DNA from: Octopus vulgaris
Lineage: Eukaryota
Length of the DNA: 64,000 nucleotides
NCBI GenBank assembly: GCA_951406725.2
Contig: OX597817.1
Span: forward strand, 167,834,001 to 167,898,000
Reading direction: 5' to 3'
Every line of letters begins with the position of its first letter. Position 1 is the first letter of the stretch. Below are positions 11,934-23,047 of the stretch, one piece after another. The translations under genes were made by a program, and so were the position numbers. A model generated the notes under the pieces. It made no database searches and was not told where the DNA came from. It was given only the letters and a program-made list of their open reading frames with translations.

Positions 11934-13204
11934 CCACCTCTTCAAAATTTAGTCCATTAAGATATTTTTCATTAAATTCCAATCCGACACATGTTTCTGT
12001 TGGATAAATGTCCTAATGTCCTCTGATGTAGCAGTTATATGCATTTAGTTCATTCATTTGCAGTATATATTCATCATCATCCTCATCATTTAACGTCCGC
12101 TTTCCATGCTAGCATGGGTTGGACAATTTGACTGAGGCTTGGCGAACCAGATGGTTGCACCAGGCTTCAATCTTGATCTGGCTGAGTTTCTACAGCTGGA
12201 AGCCCTTCCTAACGCCAACCACTCTGAGAGTGTAGTGGGTGCTTTTACGTGCCACCGGCACGAGAACCAGTTAGGCGGTACTGGCAACGGCCACGAAAAA
12301 ATCGTGTTTTTTTACATGTCACCTGCACACCGGCACAGGTGCCAATAAGGTGACACTGGTAATGATCACTTGTAGTTGGTGCTTTTCCAAGGTAGATATT
12401 CGTATGCAACTTTTTCCAAGGTGTTACCCATATGGGTGGGTGCAGCTGTATGACTAACACCTTGAAGAAAGCAGCATAGGAATATCTACCTTGGATGTAT
12501 ACATACTGCAAATGAATGAGCTAAATGCACATAACTGCTATATCAGAGGACACTAGGACATTTATCCAACAGAAACATGTGTCGGATTGGAATTTAATGA
12601 AAAAATGCTTTAATGAATACATTTTGAAGATGTTTAATTCTCTATTCCTTATTATGATGTCTTGTGTATGTATGTGTGTATACACGATGGGCTTCTTTCA
12701 GTTTCCGTCTACCAAATCCACTCACAAGGCTTTGGTTGGCTCAGGACTATAGTAGAAGACACTTGCCCAAGGTGCCACGCAGTGGGACTGAACCCGGAAC
12801 CATGCGGTTGGTAAGCAAGCTACTTACCACACAGCCACGGTAAAATTACAACTATATGAATATTTCCAGAGCATTGATATAGTTTAAAGGAAGTACAACA
12901 GAATCGAACAACTTCATTTCCCAAGCAAAGTGGTACAACTTTTGCTGCAGATTGCTTCTTTTGGGGCTACAGAGATTGATAAAGGAGGATGGATGTCTAC
13001 ATTCAAAATACAGGCACTTGTGTATTATTGTCTTCATCATCATCATCATCGTTTAACGTCCGCTTTCCATGCTAGCATGGGTTGGACAGTTCAACTGGGG
13101 TCTGGGGAGCCCGAAGGCTGCACCAGGCCAGTCTGATCTGGCAGTGTTTCTACAGTTGGATGCCCTTCCTAACGACAACCACTCCGAGAGTGTAGTGGGT
13201 GATT

Positions 13205-13730
13205 TTATGTGCCACCAACACAGGTGCCAGACGAGGCTGGCAAACGGCCACGCTCGGATGGTGTTTTTTATGTGCCACCGACACAGGTGCCAGACGAGGC
13301 TGGCGAACGCCCACGCTCGGATGGTGTTTTTTATGTGCCACCGACACAGGTGCCAGACGAGGCTGGCGAACGACCACACTCGGATGGTGTTTTTTATGTG
13401 CCACCGACACAGGTGCCAGACGAGGCTGGCGAACGACCACGCTTGGATGGTGTTTTTTATGTGCCACCGACACAGGTGCCAGACGAGGCTGGTGAACGGC
13501 CACGCTCAGATGGTGTTTTTATGTGCCACCGACACAAGTGCCAGACGAGGCTGGCAGACGGCCACGCTCGGATGGTGTTTTTTTTTATGTGCCACTGACA
13601 CAAGTGCCAGACGAGGCTGGCGAACGGCCACGATCGGATGGTGTTTTTTATGTGCCCACAGCACGGAGGCCAGTCGATGCGGTACTGGCTACGGCCACAC
13701 TCGGATGGTTTTCTTATGTGCCACCGGCAC
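13205..13730. repeat. ~62-bp tandem array (about 8 units) inside a family C element
   Basis: Unit GTGCCACCGACACAGGTGCCAGACGAGGCTGGCGAACGGCCACGCTCGGATGGTGTTTTTTAT. Confidence 0.9.
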
Positions 13731-13974
13731 TGGAACCACAAAGATACAAATTCCATTGATGTTCATCTATTATGATTTGGTTTGTCCATACTGACATGGG
13801 TCGGATAGTTTAACCCTTTAGCATTTAAACAAGCCATATCTGGCCCAAATATTCTACCTGCTTCATGTTAAAACTGGCCAGATCAAGTATCTCACACCTG
13901 CCCTACAATGTCATTCTGAGGAGAAGCAGTCTCAACATCAGAATCTTGAAGCTACAAGATAATGCCTGATTAAT

Positions 13975-14486
13975 ACAGTTCTATATTTAAGAGATGAGGA
14001 ATTATGTACATTATTTATATTATTTACATTATTTACATTCAATGTATATTTGTCCTCATCTTGTTTGTTGTTAACACAACGTTTCGGCTGATATACCCTC
14101 CGGCCTTCCTCAGGTGTTTTGGGAAAATTTCGAACCTGGGTTCTCATTCCTAAGGTATTTTTCAATGTTACTGTTATTGTTCTTAACCACTACGCCGTAT
14201 GCCCACGGGCATATGGTGTAGTGGTTAAGAGCGCTGGCTACTAACCCCAGGATACCGAGTTCGATTCCAAGCAGTGACCTGAACAATAACAATAATAATA
14301 ATAACAATAATAATAATAATAATAGTAATAATAATGACATCGAAAAATACCTTAGGAATGAGAACCCAGGTTCGAAATTTCCTCAAGTCACCTGAAGAAG
14401 GCTGGAGGGTATATCAGCCGAAACGTGTTAACAGCAAACAAGATGAGGACAAATATCCATCGAATGTAAATAATGTAAATAATGTA
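13975..14486. mobile_element. Palindromic tRNA-headed element with hammerhead-like motifs (Penelope-like non-autonomous element)
   Basis: Head-to-head inverted arms centred at 14205-14206; A box 14214-14224, B box 14257-14268; hammerhead-like motifs at 14073-14118 (-) and 14389-14429 (+); 14-bp TSD AATGCCTGATTAAT. Confidence 0.75.
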
Positions 14487-14542
14487 AATGCCTGATTAAT
14501 TCAAAACAACATGAATAAATGTGCATTACATTTGACAGAGTA

Positions 14543-14959
14543 GGCGCAGGAGTGGCTGTGTGGTAAGTAGCTTGTTTACCAACCACACAGTTCCGGGTTC
14601 AGTCCCACTGCATGGCACCTTGGGCAAGTGTCTTCTACTATAGCCTCGGGCCAACCAAAGCCTTGTGAGTGGATTTGGTAGACGGAAACTGAAAGAAGCC
14701 CGTCGTATATATATATATGTATATATATGTGTGTGTGTGTTTGTGTGTCTGTGTTTGTCTCCCCAACATCACTTGACAACCGATGCTGGTGTTTTTACGT
14801 CCCCATTACTTAGCGGTTCGGCAAAAGAGACCGATAGGATAAGTACTAGGCTTACAAAGAATAAGTCCTGGGGTCGATTTGCTCGACTAAAACGGCAGTG
14901 CTCCAGCATGGCCGCAGTCAAATGACTGAAACAAGTAAAAGAGAAAAAGAGAGAAAGAG
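14543..14959 (+). mobile_element. SINE family A, full length (others ~28432-28836 +, 31591-32011 +, 45592-46137 -, 48281-48681 -, 56153-56546 -, 61176-61610 +)
   Basis: Head GGCGCAGGAGTGGCTGTGTGGTAAG (A box) and GGGTTCAGTCCC (B box); A/G-rich tail; flanking AGAGTA direct repeat. Confidence 0.88.
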
Positions 14960-15140
14960 AGAGTAATCTGATTGCTAAAGGGTTAACAGGATCCAATAGC
15001 TTAGAGGACTGCACTGTGCTCTTGAATCTGTTTCAACATGGTTCTGCAGCTGGATGCCCTTCCTGAGACTAATCACTTTTCAGAATGTACTTGGTGCTTT
15101 TTTTTCTTACCAATGAGGTTGCCATGTTACTTACAAGACT

Positions 15141-15892
15141 AAGGCGGCGACCTGGCAGAAATGTTAACACGCCGGGCGAAATGCTTAGCAGTATTTCGTC
15201 TGCCACTACATTCTGAGTTCAAATTCCACCGAGGTCGACTTTGCCTTTCATCCTTTCAGGGTCGATTAAATAAGTACCAGTTATGCACTGGGGTCGATAT
15301 AATCGACTTAATCCCTTTGCCTCTCCTTGTTTGTCCCCTCTGTGTTTAGTAAAGAAATAGGTATTTCGTCTGCCACTACATTCTAAGTTCAAATTCCACC
15401 AAGGTCGACTTTGCCTTTCATCCTTTCAGGGTCGATTAAATAAGTACCAGTTACACACTGGGGTCAATATAATCGACTTAATCCCTTTGCCTGTCCTTGT
15501 TTGTCCCCTCTGTGTTTAGTAAAGAAATAGGTATTTCGTCTGCCACTACATTCTAAGTTCAAATTCCACCAAGGTCGACTTTGCCTTTCATCCTTTCAGG
15601 GTCGATTAAATAAGTACCAGTTATGCACTGGGGTCGATATAATCGACTTAATCCCTTTGCCTGTCCTTGTTTGTCCCCTCTGTGTTTAGTAAAGAAATAG
15701 GTATTTCGTCTGCCACTACATTCTAAGTTCAAATTCCACCAAGGTCGACTTTGCCTTTCATCCTTTCAGGGTCGATTAAATAAGTACCAGTGACACACTG
15801 GGGTCAATATAATCGACTTAATCCCTTTGTCTGTCCTTGTTTTTCCCCTCTGTGTGTAACCCCTTGTGGGCAGTAAAGAAATAAGAAATAAG
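15141..15892 (+). mobile_element. SINE family B tandem array: one head plus four ~170-bp body units
   Basis: Repeated junction AGTAAAGAAATA|GGTATTTCGTCTGCC. Confidence 0.88.
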
Positions 15893-17149
15893 ACTAAGAT
15901 CCCCTTTAAGTGAGTGAAGCTGTAGTAGAGAGGGAAACAGCTTTTTGCTATCTGATGAAAGGTTGAAGTATGAAGGAAAAGACTGAACATTAAATGATGA
16001 TGGTATTGGCAACAGCAATGGTAAGGATGACAAGGACAATGATGAATGTATACAGTCATTACATAAAGTCACCTCTTTCACATTTCAATGCTGACCACAA
16101 ATACTTGCAGATATACTGCATGGGTGACAAATGTGAACAGACCTGGCAATTTTGTAACAACCTACCAGCTGTTTCTGAGGAAGTCATCTTCGATATGCAG
16201 GAAATATTATATCTTTCATCTTTTCTCTTTTACTTGTTTCGGTTTCGGTCACCACCTTGGAAAATTTTCTAGTCAACTGAATCGACCCCAGTATTTATTT
16301 TCTTTTTAAGCCTGGTACTTACTGTATCAAACTCTTTTGCCAAACCACTAAGTCATGGGGATGTAAGTACACCAACACTAGTTGTCATGTGGTGGTAAGA
16401 CACACACACACACATATATATGACAAGCTTCTTTCATTTTCCATCTGCCAAATCCACTCACAAAACTTTGGTCAGCCCAAAGACACAGTAGACAACACTT
16501 GCCCAAGGGACTGAACCCAGAACCATGTGGTTGGGAAGCAACCTTCTTACCACACAGCCATGCCTGTGCCTATGTATGCAAATTATTCATCTATTCTGTT
16601 TAATTGTCCACCTCTCTATACCCCTTTAATATATAATTGTCTCCCTCCTTATCAATTATATCAATGATATATCTTTATATTCCGTATCTCATTCTTCGTT
16701 TCTTTCTGTCTCCCTTCTGCATGTTATTATTTTATGTCCAACTCATCAAACTTTTGTTACACAATTAAACAAAGTTGCTTGTAATTAATGAGGATCTTAA
16801 CGATGGCTTAGAAACGTTGATATAAATGTTGTGGGGGTTTTAATCTCACTCTAGCTTTCTCACTCTGTCTATTCACACCTGGGTATGAGATGTTTTGACA
16901 GCCATATTGACATCACCTGTCTGGTGTTGCTGATTCTGTGCTGACTTATCAGACATTTTCATTTTTCTCTTGTTTACTCTCTCTTTTTTTTTCTTGCAAT
17001 CTCTCTCTCTCTCATCCTCCTTCACTCTTCTCTCTCTTTCTTCCTCCCTCTCTCTCATTCCTCTCCTCTTTCTCTTTCTCTTTTTGTATATGAAGAGAAG
17101 AAAAGTATTTATGACAATCATATGTAATTAATAATTCATAATTCTCTGG

Positions 17150-17206
<57 letters not shown>

Positions 17207-17359
17207 AGAGAAAAAAATCTATCAGAAAGGAACTCTATCTCTCTTAAAAAAATATCCTTTGATAAGCATAACAAATGCGCAACCGGTAAAAAGAACTTTC
17301 ACCTAATTAAATACACTCTCCCTTACTTGAATTATTTTGTCAGCATTTTCTTCATTTCC

Positions 17360-17409
<50 letters not shown>

Positions 17410-17801
17410 CATCGTTTAACGTCCGCTTTCCATGCTAGCATGGATTGGACGGTTCAACTGGGGTCTGGCAAGCTCGAAGGCTGCACCAGGCCAGTCAGAT
17501 CTGGCAGTGTTTCTACAGCTGGATGCCCTACCTAACGCCAACCACTCCGAGAGAGTAGTGGGTGATTTTATGTGCCACCGACACAGGTGCCAGACGAGGC
17601 TGGCAGACGGCCATGCTCGGATGGTGTTTTTATGTGCCACCGACACAGGTGCCAGATGAGGCTGGCAGACGGCCACGCTCGGATGGTGTTTTCTTATGTG
17701 CCACCGACACAGGTGCCAGACGAGGCTGGCGAACGGCCACGCTCATATATATATACGAGAAGAAAAGTATTTATGACAATTATATTTGATTAATAATTCA
17801 T

Positions 17802-17859
<58 letters not shown>

Positions 17860-18439
17860 TCTCTGTCTGTTTCTCTCTTTTTCAATCTCTCTCACTCTCT
17901 CTGTAGTGGAGGAGAGGAAAAGTGTTTATTAACAATTATATTTAATTAATAATTCATAATTCTCTCTCTTACTCTCACTCCCTCCCTCTTACTCTTTCTC
18001 TCTCTAGCTATCTCTCTCTCTCTCTCTTTCATTATATATGTATATTTCTGTTCACACACACACACGTGTCTCTGTGTTTACCTCTCGTGCCAAAATGTAC
18101 TCCCACCAGAATAGATCGAATGTCCACTTGGCCATGCTAAATCATCTCCATCTAAACACCTATACCCAATTGCTTCATTGCTTAGACACTTGCAGCTTCC
18201 ACTTAACAGTCCAATATTTAGTTCTTTCAAACTATCATATATTTTTTAGCAACTGTTTACAAACTTTTAGTCTCGTCTTTTTCCTGAATTTCTTTTTCAA
18301 ACAATATTCTCTTAATATTTTGGATTCTATTTATCATCAGGTATCATGTCTGAATATGTCCTTTGGTTGGTATTGAATTCACTTGTCTTTTTTCATGCAA
18401 ATCTCCAGTACTTTTAATAGTGCTCTATATATATATCAT

Positions 18440-18862
18440 ACGCCGCATCCTTCATGTCCGATGGCATCACTCTGTCTCCAACAATTCGGTGTGACACCAG
18501 TGCAAAATCACCTCCCTCCGACAAGTCATCCTAACGAGACGTCTGCGTTGGCTGGGTCATGCCCTCCATCGTCAACCAGGAGAATTCATCTAGGAAGCAA
18601 TTGTTCCAGCTCCCCTTCAGGGTTGGTAAAAGCGATGTGGTGGACAACGAAAAACCTGGCTGATGACAGTCAAGGCTGATCTGGAACCCAACCTAGGCCC
18701 CCATATCTACGGCGTTCGCCGCTGGAATAAGGAGTGGTTGGAGATCACGCGGTCGTTAGCCTCAAATCGCCAGGTCTGGTCGGCGTTTGTAAGAGATGCA
18801 GCATTGAGGATGAATGAAGCCAGCTCAACCCACCCCGGGTGAATGCTGTCTCAAGACAAGAA
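18440..18862 (+). mobile_element. RTE-clade LINE 3' fragment (second copy ~46634-46957)
   Basis: Degenerate ORF end WLGHALRRQPGEFI...WRKRCGGQRKTWLMTVKADL...NRQVWSAFVRDA; (CAAG)-type tail. Confidence 0.75.
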
Positions 18863-19777
18863 GAAGAGATATATATTATACATATGGAAGTAGTACTTAT
18901 TATACAAGTGCTATACACAGACATAAACATGCATGTCTGTGACGGCTACAAACCACTCTTGAAGGATCCAATAAAATTCAAACAACTTAAAATGTCTCAT
19001 ACATTTGATAAGTTTTTCATGGAGCAAAACATGGCCGTCTATAACAAACTTTCCAATCGTCATCATTATCATTGTTTTAACATCCATTTTTCCATGCTTG
19101 CATGGGTCAGAAGGAGTTATTTTTTTTAATTGAGGCAGGTTTTCTATGGCCAGATGTCTTTCCTCTTGCCAACTTTCACCTGTTTTACAAGCCAGGTAAT
19201 GTTTTCCCATGGTCAGACATTTCTTTTTTTTTTTTGCAGAATATTGGAATTGTTTGTATGACAGTGATAACCATCTTAAAACTGTCTCACAGTGTTAAAA
19301 CCTGGAGGTCCATGCACACACACACACATATGTATTTACATTCATACCAGTACCCCCTGATTAGCTCCCGTGCCGGGGGTATGTAAAAAATACCCACTAC
19401 ACTCTCGGAGTGGTTGGTGTTAGGAAGGGCATCCAACTGTAGAAACCTTGCCAGATCAGATTGGAGCCTGGTGCAGCATACTGGCTTACCAGTTCTCAGT
19501 TAAACCGTCCAACCCATGCCTGCATGGAAAGCAAACATTAAACAATGATGATGATGATGATGATACATATACAGTGAAATTCTTTCAGTTTCCCTTGACC
19601 AAATCCACTCACAAAGCTTTGGTCAGCCTGGAGCTATAGTAGAAGACACTTGCCCAAGGTGCCACACAGTGGGACTGGACCCAGAACCATGTGGTTGGAA
19701 AGCAAGCTCGTTTAGAACAGCATCAAAGCAAACTGAAAAGATTACCAGTCTGAATGGTTTTGATAATCAACAATAAC

Positions 19778-19808
<31 letters not shown>

Positions 19809-19812
<4 letters not shown>

Positions 19813-20265
19813 CTGTCCCAATCGATATAAACGTATCTGTCAAGACCTACCAAAAACTGAGCAAATATAAAGATCTTGAAATAGAAATCAGCAAAATGTG
19901 GAACCTGAAGACTAAAACAATACCTGTTGTCATAGGTGCCCTGGGAATGATAGCAAAAGGGGCTGATTGCTACCTAACTCAGATACCAGGAAACCCAAAA
20001 ATGGCAGAAATTCAAAAGATAGTGCTCATGGGAACTGCTCATATCCTACGCAAAATACTTTCTATGTAATCTCAAGGTTTAAAACAAACATAATTTTCAG
20101 TTTAAAAAAAATTTTTTTTTAGACATTCATTAGTACAACCCCCACCAAAAATATGGCACACTAGGCATAACATCAACATGAACTTCCAACCTGTTGTCTC
20201 TTGAGGTCTCTGGGTGAGACTTGGAGCCAACTTGTACAAATATAAAGCAAAAGTCAAACATAGAA
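19809..20265 (+). mobile_element. R4/Dong-clade non-LTR retrotransposon 3' fragment (restriction-like endonuclease C-terminus + 3' UTR)
   Basis: ORF 19809-20069 has KLSKYKDLEIEISKMW...IPVVIGALG...IQKIVLMGTAHILRK; (AAT)n on both sides. Confidence 0.8.
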
Positions 20266-21369
20266 TAATAATAATAATAATTTCTGTATTGCTATAAAAG
20301 ACAAAAATTGAAAGAGGACATTACAAAAAAAATGGTAACAATTTTACATCAAGCACAGAAATTAGTTAAATGAAATATTAATTATGAAATTACCCTAATT
20401 GTGGCACTGTTACCTAGATTACTCTGACTATCAAAGGCAAGTTCACTCACCCAGCTGTGGTGTTCTTTGTTATAAATTACACTTCTTCATTTTCCCATTA
20501 TATTGTGGGTTGGATAGTTCTATAAATTCACTTTTTAACATGGATTCTTTGTACAATTGTATTTTAGTTTATTCCTTGATTTAGTGTCTTCCTCACACAA
20601 AACCAATCAACCATGAACTAGAGAACATTTGTAATTACTCTATAACAACATAGACTGAAGTAAAAGCACAGTAATGTCTTGGTTAAAAAGCGACTTAACA
20701 TCAGAATCACATAACTACGTTCAAGTTTACAAACTAAAATTATTTATGATCTGTGTGTTTCATTATGCAACCATAATATACAACAAAGTATATTAAACTC
20801 TTTTATAAGTAAATGCTGTGTTCTACTGTGTTAGCAGTGCTATTAAATCATGTGTTAACGTTATCTCTACGGATTTTCAGTAGAAATTATAGCTAGCATT
20901 GATTTTGTTATGATAATGAAGCAAAAATTCCTGAAATATGGCATATACAACCATTACTCATTTTTCATCTTCGTGGAGCGCTAAGAGCACCATCCGAGTG
21001 TGATCGTTACCTGCGTCGCCTTACTGGCACTTATGCTAGTGGCACGTGAAGAAACATCTGAGCCACTGAACTGGCTCATATGCAGGTGGTACATAAAAAG
21101 CACCATTTGAGCATGGCTGTTGCCAGTACCGCCTGACTGGCCTTCGTGCCGGTGGCGCGTAAAAGCATCCACTACACTCTCGGAGTGGTTGGCGTTAGGA
21201 AGGTCATCCAGCTGTAGAAACATTGCCAAATCAAGATTGGAGCCTGGTGCAGCCATCTGGTTCACCAGTCCTCAGTCAAATCATCCAACCCATGCTAGCA
21301 TGGAAAGCAGACGTTAAACGATGAAGGTGGTGATAGTGGCAGTGGCGGTGGTGGTGGTGGTGGTGGTAG

Positions 21370-21410
<41 letters not shown>

Positions 21411-21592
21411 CTCCTTGTAGTTGTTTACATTAGGCATACTCAGATATGAAACATCATAACAAAATCAGTGCTGGCCATAATTTCTATAGAAAACCTGTAA
21501 AGATAACCTTAGCCAAAGGTATTTATTTCTCTGAAGTATGTCCATTCTTAACCCTTTAGCATTCCAATTATTCTGCCAAATATAATGCTTAT

Positions 21593-21594
<2 letters not shown>

Positions 21595-21639
<45 letters not shown>

Positions 21640-21975
21640 TGTGTACAGTGCTCAGGTGCACTACAACTCATCTAAAGTGTATATATAATCAGGTGTAGTT
21701 TCGGCGGATTTCGGAAAGCATGAGGGCCTTAAAGGATGCAGTGTCATGGCAGTCAACAACTGACGCAGGCAGTTTATTCCATGCTTCAGCAACTCTTTTC
21801 AGCGTGAAGAAATGTTTCCGAAAGTCATGGGAGCTGTGTTGTTTTCTGACTTTGTAGGCATGTCCACGTGTGTTAGACACATGGAGATCAAAAAGGTGTT
21901 CAGTGTTGTTGTTGTTGGTGAGGTGGTTGATAACTTTGCGGGTGTTTACCAAGTCCGTCGCCAGACGCCGGAGCT
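21595..21975 (-). mobile_element. CR1/L2-group LINE 3' fragment (related copies 62228-62565 -, 47690-48032 +, 33464-33575 +)
   Basis: TRGHAYKVRKQHSSHDFRKHFF..RVAEAWNKLP motif, short 3' UTR and (ATT)n tail. Confidence 0.85.
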
Positions 21976-22305
21976 TCACATAGTTTTGAATTGATAATGT
22001 GTTATCTTGTAGCTTCAAGATTTCGATGATGTGGTTGTTTATGTTTAGAATGCGAGAGGCTGAATCTGGCTGGTTCGAACTTAAAACAGGCAGAATATTT
22101 GTGCTGGACGTGTCCAGTTTAAACGCTAAAGGGCTAAGGATATGTTATGGTGTTTAATTAACATATTGTTTATGTTATTTTGTATATAACCATTGTATAA
22201 TTAATGTTCCATTTAACCATTCTATTTATCTGTTGTATTTAAAAATTCATTTAACTGTTATGTTTAATATTCTGCTTAACTATTGTCATCAACCTTCTGT
22301 TAAGC

Positions 22306-22790
22306 TATAAAATTACTATTTTTAAATCTTACAACAAGAGATATTCAGCACCGGTACTTTGTAGTAAAGATTGTTTGCCAACATAACATGGCAGTCCTGG
22401 TTTAGGACGAATGTTGCTGTAATTTTGCCCAGGAGACATCATCTCCAGCTGGCTATATGACACGATCTGTGTCCTTATGTTTTCGAACAAGGGAATCTAG
22501 CAACCCCACTCAGCTCAAAACAATATCAATGTATTGTGATTTCCGGGTTATTTCCCTTCATCAGCACAGAATAATTGTTCGGTTAGAGGTGGCGCTGCCA
22601 AATTCCTGTTTGAAATATATAGTTTTCAAAGTGACAACTAGTCACTGATGTATAAATTATAAAATTACTATTTTTAAATCTCTCAACGAGAGATATTCAG
22701 CAAGAGTACTTTGTAGTAAAGATTGTTTGCCAACGTGACATGGCAGTCCTGGTTTAGGACTGCCATGTTGGCAAACAATCTTTACTTCTC
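22306..22790 (-). mobile_element. Retrozyme-like ~352-bp partial tandem with terminal inversion
   Basis: Direct repeat 22306-22408 / 22658-22760; inverted tail 22757-22786; TTAAGCT flanking repeat; degenerate hammerhead at 22535-22569 (-). Confidence 0.65.
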
Positions 22791-23047
22791 TTAAGCTGTT
22801 ATGTTTAATTCATTAAGATTATTCTCTCTTGATTGCAGAAAAATTTAAGATGCAGGTAATGAGTTTGATCTCTGATTGTCATCATTAAATGTCTTTCTCC
22901 ATTGTATATTCATAGCTGCAGGCAGGATTTGAATTTGAATTAGTTTTCTTTTTCTAAACTTGTAACTTGCCTGGGTTGAGGGGGCATCAGTGTTGATGGA
23001 CTGGTAACTGCTTTCTGCAGTTAAAATTTATGAATTTTCAGTGAATA

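Larger units (their letters stand above)
13810..14986. mobile_element. piggyBac-type MITE D interrupted by two later insertions (intact copies at 33717-33945 and 63608-63836; interrupted copies at ~21548-22137 and ~45402-46157)
   Basis: TTAACCCTTTAG ... CTAAAGGGTTAA termini; internal pieces are colinear with the intact copies. Confidence 0.8.

Noticed and set aside
13205-13730. CRISPR-like appearance of regularly spaced hairpin repeats
   Set aside because: Units are contiguous with no unique spacers, the context is a eukaryotic intron, and there are no cas genes.
13069-13794. 241-aa ORF with repeated MCHRHRCQTRLAN units, and similar Cys/His-rich ORFs at 9807, 49571 and 52955
   Set aside because: These are translations of the 62-bp tandem units in family C repeats; they are open in several frames and on both strands, with no splice or homology support.
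14207-14275. Functional tRNA gene
   Set aside because: A and B boxes are present but no acceptor stem closes; interpreted as a retroposon head.
16787-16825. ATC-TTAACGA…GAAACGTT-GAT as a hammerhead
   Set aside because: The core is degenerate at several positions and there is no stem II.
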